64,000 nucleotides of DNA. Source: a virus. Shown here in pieces: positions 54,980 through 63,876 of the stretch. Position numbers and translations under genes: made by a program. The notes beneath the pieces are model-generated. The model searched no databases, was not told the DNA's origin, and saw only the letters and a list, made by a program, of their open reading frames with translations. Positions within the stretch are counted from its first letter, which is position 1. The number at the start of each line of letters is the position of its first letter. The stretch is taken from positions 3,499 to 67,498 of IMG/VR virus record IMGVR_UViG_3300046539_000057; one strand, written 5' to 3'.

Positions 54980-55690
54980 ATGACACAAGCTAATCGCAAG
55001 CAAGTTACTTTGACGCAAGACGAAGCGGTGACGCAGCGCGCCTACAACACGCTGCAGCGCAAGCGCGGCAAGAAGCGCATCCCGATCCCGCAGGCGGTGC
55101 TGGACTTCCTGCTGCCGCGCGTCGAGGTCGTGACCTACGTCGACGACGAGGACAACAAGCTGGGCGAGTGCTGGCTGTGGACGGGCAGCGCGATGTGCGA
55201 CGTTCCGCGCGCCTATCTCGGCAAGGGTGATGACGGCAAGGGCGGGCGCTGGTCGAACGTGCGGCCCTGGGTGGCGCAGGCGATGCGCTCGCAGCCGATC
55301 CCGAAGAAGTGGCTGACGGTGGCCGAGTGCGGCCGGCCCCTGTGCGTGCACCCGCACTGCTGCACGGCGATGTCGCGCAGCAGTGCCACGCACCTGTGGA
55401 ACGAGCGCGGCACCACGAGCACCGCGGTGCGCGTGCGCGCTGCGATGCGCGCCGGCCGGCTCAACTCGCACATGACGCCCGAGACGGTGCAGCAGCTGCG
55501 CGCCGACCGCGAGGCGATGCGCGCGGCCGGACAGGTGCGCAACATCTACTGCGTGCTTGGCCCGCGCTACGGCCTGACCCCCATGTCGGCCAAGAACATC
55601 GCGCTGGGCCGCCGCTGGGCGCCCGGCCAGGAGGTGCTGGCCCCCTCGCGCCCGGTAGCCTCGGTGTTCGACCTCGGGAGGATGGCATGA
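54980..55690 (+). CDS. Degenerate HNH-like protein with C-terminal HTH
   Basis: ECWLWTG, PIP, C....CV.P pattern; catalytic His/Asn appear substituted. Confidence 0.65.
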   Translation: MTQANRKQVTLTQDEAVTQRAYNTLQRKRGKKRIPIPQAVLDFLLPRVEVVTYVDDEDNKLGECWLWTGSAMCDVPRAYLGKGDDGKGGRWSNVRPWVAQAMRSQPIPKKWLTVAECGRPLCVHPHCCTAMSRSSATHLWNERGTTSTAVRVRAAMRAGRLNSHMTPETVQQLRADREAMRAAGQVRNIYCVLGPRYGLTPMSAKNIALGRRWAPGQEVLAPSRPVASVFDLGRMA

Positions 55691-56178
55691 GAAAGCGCAG
55701 CAGCTACCGGCCCAAGCCGGTCTACTTCAACGCCCACGAGCGCGCCCGACAGCGCGCCGCGCTCATCGAGCCCGTCGACCGCGACAACCTCAAGGCGATC
55801 GCGCACAACGCGCGGGACTGCTTCGTGCGCGGCGAGGACCCGCGCGGGCACTGGAAGGCGCTGGCCGACTGCATCAACACGGCCACGTGGCTTGCCGCGG
55901 CCGGCATCTGCTCGGACGTCGAGAGCGTGGGCCTCATCGACGCCGGCCACGACGCGCTGGGCGAGGTGGCCAAGCGCTGCACGGCGGGCGGCAGCTGGAC
56001 GATGCGCTCCGCGGAGATTGCCGCGCTCGACGCGGCCATCGCACGGCATGTGATCCAGCTGGACCACTGCAGCCTGGGCGAATTCGAGGCCGCGCGCGAG
56101 AAGGTGCGCCGCCATACCGAGCAGGCGCTTCATGGCAATGCCGCGCCCGGCGTGATGGTCTACGGGGGAACGCAATGA
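55687..56178 (+). CDS. Hypothetical phage protein
   Basis: GGAGG RBS; MRKRS.YRP start. Confidence 0.75.
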   Translation: MRKRSSYRPKPVYFNAHERARQRAALIEPVDRDNLKAIAHNARDCFVRGEDPRGHWKALADCINTATWLAAAGICSDVESVGLIDAGHDALGEVAKRCTAGGSWTMRSAEIAALDAAIARHVIQLDHCSLGEFEAAREKVRRHTEQALHGNAAPGVMVYGGTQ

Positions 56179-56648
56179 CCAAGCCCACCTACCAGGAGGA
56201 GGTGCAGTTCGTCGCGTACAGCGACAGCAGCCGCAACGGCGCGCGCGTCACGTTCCGCCTGCCCGACCGCGACCTGCTCGAGCACTTCATCGGCCAGGAC
56301 GGCAAGCGTTTCATGATGGTGCTGGTGGAGATCGGCGCCGACGAGCAGCCGGTCGAGCCGGCGCCGGTGGCCAGGCCGAGGGGAGGGCGCCTGGCCAAGG
56401 AGGCCGGGATCATGTGCGCCAACAAGGCATTCCACCGCCAGGTCGAGGCCTTCTTCCCCACGCAGTGGGGCAAGGCGATGCTCGACTGCGATGGCGATCC
56501 GGTCGCGGCCGCGGCGCACGTCATCCGCAAGGTGTGCGGCGTGCTCTCGCGCGCGGACCTGGATCACAGCGCGGACGCGGCCGACAACTTCCAGCGCTGC
56601 TTTCGCAAGCGCTGGATCGCCTCCGAGGCCGGGGTTGACCTCGGCTGA
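56175..56648 (+). CDS. Hypothetical phage protein
   Basis: GKRFM.VLVEIG.DE.P and R..CGV.SR..LD motifs. Confidence 0.75.
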   Translation: MTKPTYQEEVQFVAYSDSSRNGARVTFRLPDRDLLEHFIGQDGKRFMMVLVEIGADEQPVEPAPVARPRGGRLAKEAGIMCANKAFHRQVEAFFPTQWGKAMLDCDGDPVAAAAHVIRKVCGVLSRADLDHSADAADNFQRCFRKRWIASEAGVDLG

Positions 56649-56680
56649 AACTGCCTTTCAATGACGAACGGGAGAGAGCC

Positions 56681-57520
56681 ATGAACACCCACATCGTGTT
56701 TCACGAAGACCTCGCAGCCGCGATCATCTACCACGGCTACCGCTACCCGCACGACAGCGAGCGCGAGGAATTCACGCGGCGCCGCATCCTGATGGTCTAC
56801 GGCGACGGGGAGGGCGGGGCCGGCATCGCGGACGGCATCGTCGACTGGACCCCGCTGGAGCGCGTGCAGGCTGTCGCCGCGGTGCAGCTTGGCGACCCGT
56901 ACGGCGGCACGCTGATGGCGTGCGACCTGCCTGCCGGCCACCCGTTCATGGCCACGCCGATCATCCGCCGCTACCCGCACCACTTCCACATGCCCAGCAT
57001 GGGCTATGGCGAGTACAGCGACGGCCGGATGTGGTTCCCGCACGTCCCGCGCGGCAATGACTCCGACGGCGAGATCACGGGCTGCACAACGCATTACGAC
57101 CTCGGCGTCAAAGATGAGTGCGCCGCCGTTTTGGTCGACTCGTCTTCGACGAACAAGACGGCCACCGAGGTGCGGCTCAAGATGGAGGCAGAGCGCGACC
57201 GCTGGTACAAGGAGCAGTACGAGGCGACCGCCGCCCAGCGCGAACGAATCAAGATCGATCCCGACCTCTGCGGCACCATCGAGGCCATGCCGGACCTGCC
57301 GGCCAAGCCGACCCGGCGCAGCCTGTTCGTGCCCGCTGGCTGCACGCTGTTCGTCGGGCCCGACGTCGACATGGACCAGTACGACGAGGTGCTGATCGAG
57401 GGCGTGCTGCGCTTCGACGAGCCGCCGCCGGTCGCCAAGCCCAAGCCCAAGCCGAGCACCCCGGCCGGCCTGACGTTCGAGCAGCCGATCCAGAACCGCC
57501 TGGGGAGGATGGCGAAATGA
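56681..57520 (+). CDS. Hypothetical protein (279 aa)
   Basis: GGGAG RBS, long ORF with codon bias. Confidence 0.75.
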   Translation: MNTHIVFHEDLAAAIIYHGYRYPHDSEREEFTRRRILMVYGDGEGGAGIADGIVDWTPLERVQAVAAVQLGDPYGGTLMACDLPAGHPFMATPIIRRYPHHFHMPSMGYGEYSDGRMWFPHVPRGNDSDGEITGCTTHYDLGVKDECAAVLVDSSSTNKTATEVRLKMEAERDRWYKEQYEATAAQRERIKIDPDLCGTIEAMPDLPAKPTRRSLFVPAGCTLFVGPDVDMDQYDEVLIEGVLRFDEPPPVAKPKPKPSTPAGLTFEQPIQNRLGRMAK

Positions 57521-57729
57521 GCGCGCGCCCCGAGTGGGTCGAGTGCATCCAGCGCCCGCGTCCTGGCCAGCCGCGCACGGCGTGGTGCGGCAAGGTGCTG
57601 GGCAATGCGTTCGCCATGGAGAGCCTGGATCACGCCGCGGAGAACGGCCACGTCGAGGGCCGGCTGCTTGCCTGCCGCGCCTGCGTGGCGGTGGGCATCG
57701 CGGCGTTGAAGCGCGGGGCCCAGGAATGA
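57517..57729 (+). CDS. Small Cys-containing protein
   Basis: Coupled; WCG...C..C. Confidence 0.65.
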   Translation: MSARPEWVECIQRPRPGQPRTAWCGKVLGNAFAMESLDHAAENGHVEGRLLACRACVAVGIAALKRGAQE

Positions 57730-57956
57730 GCTACGCACGATTCGGCGGCGGCTGCGACGTCTACGTGTTCGAGCACTGCCTGGGCTGGTGGCAGATCTTC
57801 GTAACCGGCGGCGGCGACTTCCGGTGCGGCAGCCCCGGCGAGTGCGCCGACCGACTGGAGGAACTGCGCGCCGAGGGGCGCTCGGTTCCCCAGTACGCCA
57901 TCGACGCGCTGCGCGCCGAGCAGGCCGAAACCGACGCGCAGGACCCGCCGCGCTAA
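57726..57956 (+). CDS. Hypothetical protein
   Basis: Coupled; MSY.RF...CDVYV and G..VP..AI..L motifs. Confidence 0.7.
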   Translation: MSYARFGGGCDVYVFEHCLGWWQIFVTGGGDFRCGSPGECADRLEELRAEGRSVPQYAIDALRAEQAETDAQDPPR

Positions 57957-57964
57957 GAATCATT

Positions 57965-58324
57965 ATGTCAAGTCGTACACATTTCCAGGTGCCGTTGCGC
58001 ACCAGTCCGGGCGGGAACAACCGCGAACACCACATGGTTCGTGCGCGCCGCGTGAAGAAGGAGCGCACGACCGTTGCATGGGTGCTGCTGGACAAGCCGC
58101 GCCCCGCCCTGCCGGTGGTGGTCACGCTGATGCGCCGCGCGCCGTCCTCCGGCCTGGACGACGACAACCTCACCATGTCGCTGAAGGCGGTGCGCGATCA
58201 AGTCGCGGTGTGGCTCGGCGTCGACGACAAGGACCCGCGCGTGCAATGGGAGTACGACCAGCTGCGCGACAAGCTGTGGTCCGTCACCATCGAGGTGGCG
58301 GCCATGGCGGCGGTGCCGGCATGA
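57965..58324 (+). CDS. rusA: RusA-like Holliday junction resolvase
   Basis: D.DN....K...D.......DD acidic motif. Confidence 0.75.
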   Translation: MSSRTHFQVPLRTSPGGNNREHHMVRARRVKKERTTVAWVLLDKPRPALPVVVTLMRRAPSSGLDDDNLTMSLKAVRDQVAVWLGVDDKDPRVQWEYDQLRDKLWSVTIEVAAMAAVPA

Positions 58325-58437
58325 GCGCCGCGCTGGAGGTGGTGTTCTCGTCCTTCTGGACGTTCGCCGGCACCTTGATCCTGGTCGAGTGCGTCCTGGA
58401 GGGTGTGGCCGCGATCATCAAGGCGTTCCGGCGGTGA
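58321..58437 (+). CDS. Small membrane peptide
   Basis: Coupled on both sides, hydrophobic. Confidence 0.5.
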   Translation: MSAALEVVFSSFWTFAGTLILVECVLEGVAAIIKAFRR

Positions 58438-58910
58438 AGCGCTCGGCGCCGATGCGGCGCACGCCGATGCGCCGCTCGGCGATTAAGCCGGCGCATACGT
58501 TCTCGATTCATGAATCCAGAATGCCACCGCTCACGGCCCGGCCCGCTGACGCGCCGCGCGCGGTGATGGTGGCCGCCGCCGCCCTGGAGGCGCGCCCCAA
58601 GCGCTCCTACGTGCGATCTGAGGCGCTGATGCGTGCCTACCGGCTCCTCCCCTGCCAGCACTGCGGGCGCGACGACGGCACGGTGTGTGGAGCGCACCCG
58701 AACACGGGCGCCGACGGCAAGGGCATGGGGATCAAGGCATCGGACGAGCGCGCGGCCAGCTTGTGCGCGGTGTGCCACCACGCAATCGACCAGGGCTCGG
58801 TGCTCGATTACGAGGAGCGCCTGGCGCTGCACGAAGCCGCCAGGCGCAAGACCCTCGCCGAGCTTGTCAGGCGCGCCCTGTGGCCGCCTGGGGTGCCTGT
58901 GCCTACGTGA
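58434..58910 (+). CDS. Zn-binding HNH-like protein (DUF968/DUF1364-like)
   Basis: LPC..CG, AH.N, GKG.GIK..D, LC..CH..ID. Confidence 0.75.
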   Translation: MKRSAPMRRTPMRRSAIKPAHTFSIHESRMPPLTARPADAPRAVMVAAAALEARPKRSYVRSEALMRAYRLLPCQHCGRDDGTVCGAHPNTGADGKGMGIKASDERAASLCAVCHHAIDQGSVLDYEERLALHEAARRKTLAELVRRALWPPGVPVPT

Positions 58911-59016
58911 GCAGCGCGACGAGCGCGCCCAGGGCCATGCCGGCGGCGACGACGGCCACGGCGACCAGGATGAGGCGCGCCGCGAGGACTTCTCCCTTTC
59001 GGTCTGCGTCGTTCAT
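58903..59016 (-). CDS. Small membrane peptide
   Basis: Coupled start, single TM segment. Confidence 0.5.
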   Translation of the reverse strand: MNDADRKGEVLAARLILVAVAVVAAGMALGALVALLT

Positions 59017-59432
59017 AGCTCGAACTCCTCGCCGAACTTCGCCTTGTGCGCCTGGAGGTAGGCGTCGAAGAAAGCCTGATTCGGCTCCTCCTCGTCCGGC
59101 CAGTCGCGGCTGCTGTGCAGCTGCTCGCGCAGTTCGTCGTCCATGCCCATGACGGCCGCGTCGTAGTCGATGATGCGGCCCTCGAACCAGACCCCGCGCG
59201 ACGGCACCCACTGCAGGGTGAGGGCGCGCCACTCGACCTTGGGCCAGCGGTCGTCGATGCCGTGGCGCGTGTCGGTCAAGTCGTGCTCGTAGGTGACGTA
59301 GACCTCGGTCTCGATGTCGGGCTTGGCGGCCCATTCGTCGCTCGATACGGTCTTGCCGCTGGCCGCGGGCTCGGACAGCCACTGGCCGGTCTCGCGGTCG
59401 GCCTTGACGGTGTAGTGGGGCAGCTGGCTCAT
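59013..59432 (-). CDS. Hypothetical protein
   Basis: AAGGAG RBS; MDDELRE.LH...Q.F.DAY...H..KFGE.F motif. Confidence 0.75.
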   Translation of the reverse strand: MSQLPHYTVKADRETGQWLSEPAASGKTVSSDEWAAKPDIETEVYVTYEHDLTDTRHGIDDRWPKVEWRALTLQWVPSRGVWFEGRIIDYDAAVMGMDDELREQLHSSRDWPDEEEPNQAFFDAYLQAHKAKFGEEFEL

Positions 59433-59725
59433 GCGGCTTTCTCCTTGGCGACAGGCCACGATTCGTACAGGGCGACGGCCTCGCGCAGCTTGGCGCGTGC
59501 GGCCCGGACCGCATCGCTCATCGCGCAAAGGTCGTTGCTCGCCTCCACCATGACTTGGTAGCGGTCGGTGGACTTGAGGCCGTCGTGCCATTCCAGGCGA
59601 GCAATCTTCTCGTCCTCCTCCTCGGCGGTGATGCCGAGCGCCAGCTGAATCGATCTGAGCGCGGTCTGCGTGGCCTTGAGGTAGTCGACGATCTGCTCGA
59701 TGCGGGCGCGCTGTGCGTCGTTCAT
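59429..59725 (-). CDS. Helical hypothetical protein
   Basis: GAGG RBS, coupled. Confidence 0.7.
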   Translation of the reverse strand: MNDAQRARIEQIVDYLKATQTALRSIQLALGITAEEEDEKIARLEWHDGLKSTDRYQVMVEASNDLCAMSDAVRAARAKLREAVALYESWPVAKEKAA

Positions 59726-59883
59726 TGCGGCGCCTCGCACTCGGTCTGCCCTGGCCCGAACCGCAGTTCGTGCAGCGGGTCGCTTGAGGGCTCGCACGGC
59801 TCGGGCCCGCGCAGCGCGTTGGCCGTGGCCACCGCTGCGATGCAGGCGGCGGCGACGATGAGGAGGGTTGCTGCGAGCTTCAT
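59722..59883 (-). CDS. Small secreted protein (53 aa)
   Basis: GAGGAGG RBS; signal peptide MKLAATLLIVAAACIAAVATANA; Cys pair. Confidence 0.6.
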   Translation of the reverse strand: MKLAATLLIVAAACIAAVATANALRGPEPCEPSSDPLHELRFGPGQTECEAPQ

Positions 59884-60128
59884 GCCGCCCTCCTCGCCAT
59901 GTCGGCCGTCTTGATGCAGAAAAGCTCCCAGGACGCGGGGGACATGCGGCGCTCGCCGCGCTCCCAGTCTTGGAACGTGCGCCAGCTGGCGTAGATGGTG
60001 GCGCCGGCCTCGGCCTGCGTGAGGCCCAGGCGCTCGCGGCGCTCCTTGATCTGCGCGGGCAGCGGGGTCTCGCCCGGTTTAGGGTCGCAGCCCGGCGGGC
60101 GGGCGCGGCGGTTGGGGTGGTTGCTCAC
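59880..60128 (-). CDS. XRE/KorC-like HTH regulator
   Basis: AAGGAG RBS; R...GLTQ.EA........R.FQ.WE.G.R.M.P..W.LF. Confidence 0.85.
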   Translation of the reverse strand: MSNHPNRRARPPGCDPKPGETPLPAQIKERRERLGLTQAEAGATIYASWRTFQDWERGERRMSPASWELFCIKTADMARRAA

Positions 60129-60568
60129 GGGTTCTCCTTGTTGTCTTTCACGGCGCCCGTCCAGGCTTCGGCCGGGGTCTCGAAGTAGCCTGCGCTGGCG
60201 CGCGCGTCGGTCCATCCTGGCTTTTTCTGCCACCACGCCCACACGTCGCCGAAGGGCACCACGGTGTAGCCCGCGTCGCGCGCTGCCTTGACGTCTTCCA
60301 GGTCGGCCGACAGCAGTTCGGCATCGTCCACCACCGCGTGGACGGCGGTGATGGCCACGATGCTGTGCGCGTGGATGAGGGTGTGCAGCGTGTGGCTGCC
60401 GCTGTCCCACTCCAGCGTGAGCACGTTCTGGAAGGACTGGCGCCCCACCTTGCCGCGCAGGCTGTGGCCGCTGCACAGGTGCACGTCCACGTCCTGGCCA
60501 GCCGCGAACTCGCGGATCTGGTGGGCGATCAGCTGGAACGGCGTCGGGCTGTTTTCGAGCGTGTTCAT
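60125..60568 (-). CDS. Hypothetical protein
   Basis: AAGGAG RBS. Confidence 0.7.
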   Translation of the reverse strand: MNTLENSPTPFQLIAHQIREFAAGQDVDVHLCSGHSLRGKVGRQSFQNVLTLEWDSGSHTLHTLIHAHSIVAITAVHAVVDDAELLSADLEDVKAARDAGYTVVPFGDVWAWWQKKPGWTDARASAGYFETPAEAWTGAVKDNKENP

Positions 60569-60584
60569 GGGGCGCTCCTTGGTG

Positions 60585-60920
60585 TCAGGTGCCGTACTTG
60601 ATCTTGCCGCTGGCGGTCAGCGTGCCCAGGCGTTGCCCACCGTAGCGGACATCGGGGAACTTCCCTTCGCGGGCGTGCAGCGCCATCTTCATGCGGCCGG
60701 TCTTGGTGTCGTAGACGCGGGCCAGTGCGTACTTGCCCATCATCAGCAGGACCATTGCGCCACGAATCACGCCGATCTCGCTGGCGGGCGACCCCCAGCT
60801 GTCGGGGTAGTCGGGCATGGTGTCCGCCTGCTTGTAGTAGCGGACCTGCAGCGGGCGCTTGAGCGTCTTGGCCTTGGGCTTGACGAGTCGGAGGGTGCGT
60901 TGCTTGGTCATGGGGTTCAT
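60585..60920 (-). CDS. Hypothetical basic protein
   Basis: Coupled; codon bias. Confidence 0.65.
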   Translation of the reverse strand: MNPMTKQRTLRLVKPKAKTLKRPLQVRYYKQADTMPDYPDSWGSPASEIGVIRGAMVLLMMGKYALARVYDTKTGRMKMALHAREGKFPDVRYGGQRLGTLTASGKIKYGT

Positions 60921-61144
60921 CCGTTGCTGGTGTCGAAGTTGAGATTGAGCCAGGACAGCAGTCCGGCCCGGTCGGTTGGTATGTCCATCGGCTCGACTTC
61001 ATCGGGGCCGACGCTGCCATTGCCGTTCTCGCGCGCAGTGGCCTGCAGCAGGCGCAGCGTGCGCTCGGCTTCGCTCTTGCTGGCGTGCCAGGACAGCAGC
61101 TGCCCACGCTGGGCGTCGTAGAAGCGGACGCAGTAGAGCTTCAC
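60917..61144 (-). CDS. Hypothetical protein
   Basis: GGAG RBS, GTGA coupling. Confidence 0.65.
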   Translation of the reverse strand: MKLYCVRFYDAQRGQLLSWHASKSEAERTLRLLQATARENGNGSVGPDEVEPMDIPTDRAGLLSWLNLNFDTSNG

Positions 61145-61428
61145 AGCGCGATCTCCCCAATCTCTTGGAACACGTCGCGGTCGATCACGCCCAGGTACTT
61201 GCAGCAGGTGACGTGCGGCTCGTCCCACTCGTCGGAGGCGAACGCGGCGGTCACTTCGTCGGGGGGCTCGTCCGGCACGCCGGGCAGGTTGTCGGTGATC
61301 TCGGCGCGAACCAGTTCCTCGGCCTTGCCCTGGCTGTCGGACTCGCCGCTCACGATCCAGGCCTTGATGGTGGAGTCGAGCGGATCATGGTTCACCTCGG
61401 CCTCGATGTAGAACAGGTGCCATGTCAT
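61141..61428 (-). CDS. Acidic hypothetical protein
   Basis: GAGGAG RBS. Confidence 0.65.
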   Translation of the reverse strand: MTWHLFYIEAEVNHDPLDSTIKAWIVSGESDSQGKAEELVRAEITDNLPGVPDEPPDEVTAAFASDEWDEPHVTCCKYLGVIDRDVFQEIGEIAL

Positions 61429-61438
61429 CGCGCGCTCC

Positions 61439-61780
61439 TCAGTAGTTGCGGTAGTAGCTGGTGCGCACGCTGAACTCGCGCCGCTTGGTCTGCTTGATGG
61501 TGGAGGACCAGTGCAGGCAGCCGCAGCAGTCGTACTCGTGTTGGCAGCCGCCGCCGCTGAATGCGTCGTACAGCGCGCGGTGCGCGGCCTTGGGGTCCAT
61601 GCCGCGCGGGATGGTGACGAGGCGCTTGTAGACGCCCGCCTCGTCGTAGTCTTTCGCCTCCTCGACGAGAACCGCATCGGTGGCGCGCACCACGCCGATG
61701 AATTCGTGCTTGTCCAGGTGGCGCCAGCCGTCGCGGTAGCGGTGCGTGCGGCGCGCGTACAGATTGATGTGCTCGGCCAT
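61439..61780 (-). CDS. Hypothetical protein with C.H.YDCCGC motif
   Basis: GAGGAG RBS; Cys cluster. Confidence 0.75.
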   Translation of the reverse strand: MAEHINLYARRTHRYRDGWRHLDKHEFIGVVRATDAVLVEEAKDYDEAGVYKRLVTIPRGMDPKAAHRALYDAFSGGGCQHEYDCCGCLHWSSTIKQTKRREFSVRTSYYRNY

Positions 61781-61790
61781 GTCGCTCTCC

Positions 61791-62297
61791 TCAAAACACC
61801 GCGTTGGCGATGAGGTACGCATCGGGGTCGGCCAGTTCGGCCTCGTCGATGTGCACCCAGGTGCCGTTGCCGAACACCACGCCGTAGCTCCAGCCCTGCT
61901 CGACGTAGTTGTCAACGCTGATGATCTGGCCGACGGCCATGGAGCCGGTGAAGCGCTCGCGTGAGTCGCTGTAGTCCGGCCCGTCCTCCACCTCTACCTC
62001 GATCTCCTCCTCGTCGCTCTCCCCTTCGGCCGAGAGGATCAGCGTGCCGAGCGCGAGCGGGTGCGCGTCCAGGCGCGCGGTCGTCCAGCTGTCGTTCGAC
62101 AGGTGCACGCCCATGGCCTCGGTCATGTCGCGCAGTTCGAGCGCGTAGTTCTCGTTGAGCTCGAACTCGGCCTCCAGGCTCATGGCGCGCAGGATGCGGT
62201 TCTGCAGTTCGCGCGTCTTGTCGCGCTCGGCCTGCAGCTTGCCGTGCAGTTCCTCGACGGCCAGCTTGGCCTCAAGCGCCCATTGGGGTGTTCCCAT
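61791..62297 (-). CDS. Hypothetical protein
   Basis: AGGAG RBS. Confidence 0.7.
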   Translation of the reverse strand: MGTPQWALEAKLAVEELHGKLQAERDKTRELQNRILRAMSLEAEFELNENYALELRDMTEAMGVHLSNDSWTTARLDAHPLALGTLILSAEGESDEEEIEVEVEDGPDYSDSRERFTGSMAVGQIISVDNYVEQGWSYGVVFGNGTWVHIDEAELADPDAYLIANAVF

Positions 62298-62387
62298 GTC
62301 TATCTCCTGCCCCGTTCCCGCGAGGCGCCCGGTGTTGCGTCGCAACTGGCATGCACCGGCGCGCGGTGCATGGCGGTTGGGACTGGC

Positions 62388-62699
62388 CTACTCGTCGCGC
62401 TCGTCGGTGAACGGCAGCGCCGCTTTCATGGTGTCGATCCACACTTGCAGGTCCTCCATCGCCTGCTGGTGCTGGTTGCGCTTGTACTGCTTGCCCGTGT
62501 ACTCGCTGGCCAGCGCGAGCAGCTGCGTCGGGCCGACCGCGCGCGTGAGGCGGATGCCGCTCTTGATCCACAGCGACAGGCCCATGCGCACGTTGAGCGC
62601 GCGGAAGTAGTGCATGCCGTCGCGGCCGTTGATGGTGAAGCCGCCGCCCTTGTGCGCAGTGATCTCGCTGGCGTCGGGCTTGGTGGTGATGGTCTGCAT
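62388..62699 (-). CDS. Hypothetical protein, first gene after the internal promoter
   Basis: AAGGAG RBS. Confidence 0.75.
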   Translation of the reverse strand: MQTITTKPDASEITAHKGGGFTINGRDGMHYFRALNVRMGLSLWIKSGIRLTRAVGPTQLLALASEYTGKQYKRNQHQQAMEDLQVWIDTMKAALPFTDERDE

Positions 62700-62753
62700 G
62701 TTCTCTCTCCTTCTCTGCCCCGTGTCGTGCCGCCGAGGCGCCGGCTTGGTTCG

Positions 62754-62783
62754 ATTGTGAGGCACGCAATGCGTGCGGGTCAA
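62754..62783 (-). promoter_or_regulatory. Sigma70-type promoter with palindromic operator in the spacer
   Basis: TTGACC-18-CACAAT on minus; GCACGCA-A-TGCGTGC at 62762-62776. Confidence 0.7.
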
Positions 62784-63343
62784 GAGGTTTGTTGCTGGGG
62801 TCGGACGAAGTAGCGCAGCGCCTCGCGCAGCTGGTCGCACTTCTCGTGCATCACGTAGGGGGCGGTGTTGCTGTTGAGGGCGTCGAGCATGTCGTTCGCG
62901 GCCTGGGCCAGCGTGACGATGGCCTCGGCTTGGTCGCCCAGTTCGATCATGAGGGGCACCATGTCATCGTCGAGCCCGGCGTGCCCGGCGTCGTAGCCGG
63001 CGCGGATCGCGTTGCACAGGTCGGTGACGTTGCCCTCGTTCGACTTGGCGATGGCCTCCTGGAACACGCGCTCCAGGCGCTGCTCGTCGGTCTCTGCGGG
63101 TGCAGGCTCGGGCTCGGGCTCGGGCTCGGGCGCTGCGGCCCGCGACAGCCGCGCGCCCATGTGCTCCAGCGCATCCATGACGGCGCCGTTCCAGTCGGAG
63201 CGCCACTCGGCGATGTAGCGCAGGCCAGCAGGGGCGTCACTGCGGAAGGCGCGGTAGCCCTCGCTGCCCTCCTCGATGCTGTAGCCCATGCGTTCCACCA
63301 GCGAGGCGGCGTCGTCTGCAAGGTCGGGTGCGGTGTAGCTCAT
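62780..63343 (-). CDS. Hypothetical protein with (EP)n linker
   Basis: GGAG RBS; GGCTCG x4 tandem repeat. Confidence 0.7.
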   Translation of the reverse strand: MSYTAPDLADDAASLVERMGYSIEEGSEGYRAFRSDAPAGLRYIAEWRSDWNGAVMDALEHMGARLSRAAAPEPEPEPEPAPAETDEQRLERVFQEAIAKSNEGNVTDLCNAIRAGYDAGHAGLDDDMVPLMIELGDQAEAIVTLAQAANDMLDALNSNTAPYVMHEKCDQLREALRYFVRPQQQTS

Positions 63344-63344
63344 G

Positions 63345-63494
63345 TCAGTCTCCAATGGATGTGTCGGTGTCGGGGCCGTTCTCGCACTCGCTGTCGGTGC
63401 TGCAGTTGGCCACGGTGAGGGGAGCCGGTGCTTCGGCCGGCTGGCTGGTGCTGGCCAGCATGGCCAGGGCGAGCACGATGATGTAGCGGCGCAT
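63345..63494 (-). CDS. Small secreted protein
   Basis: Signal peptide MRRYIIVLALAMLA...; C.TD.EC motif. Confidence 0.6.
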   Translation of the reverse strand: MRRYIIVLALAMLASTSQPAEAPAPLTVANCSTDSECENGPDTDTSIGD

Positions 63495-63715
63495 CACTTG
63501 TTCACCTGTACGTCGTTGCCGTGCATGCGCACGAACACGCCATCGTCGGCCCGGTAGGGTTCGAGCAGCAGGTAGGGCTCGCCGTCCTTGTAGGCCACGC
63601 GCACGGCCAGCAGGCAGCCGGTCTTGGTGGTGCTGGAGAAGATTTCCACGATGGTCTCGTCGCCGGTCGCGTACTGCGAGGCGGGACCCTTCTTGATGGT
63701 GGGCGGGCGTGCCAT
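63494..63715 (-). CDS. Hypothetical protein
   Basis: AAGGAG RBS. Confidence 0.65.
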   Translation of the reverse strand: MARPPTIKKGPASQYATGDETIVEIFSSTTKTGCLLAVRVAYKDGEPYLLLEPYRADDGVFVRMHGNDVQVNK

Positions 63716-63720
63716 GGTGT

Positions 63721-63873
63721 TCACTCCTTGCAGAGAATCGTGAGGCCAGCCACCAGCGAGCCGGCGAACAGCGCGCAGCCAGTGAGGGAGCCGATGGTGC
63801 CGGCGTTCGCGCTGGCGAAGCCGATTGCGAGCGGCATGGGGACCGCGAGCAGGGAGCCGATGATCTTGCGCAT
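63721..63873 (-). CDS. Small membrane protein
   Basis: GAGGAG RBS, two hydrophobic segments. Confidence 0.55.
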   Translation of the reverse strand: MRKIIGSLLAVPMPLAIGFASANAGTIGSLTGCALFAGSLVAGLTILCKE

Positions 63874-63876
63874 GGC

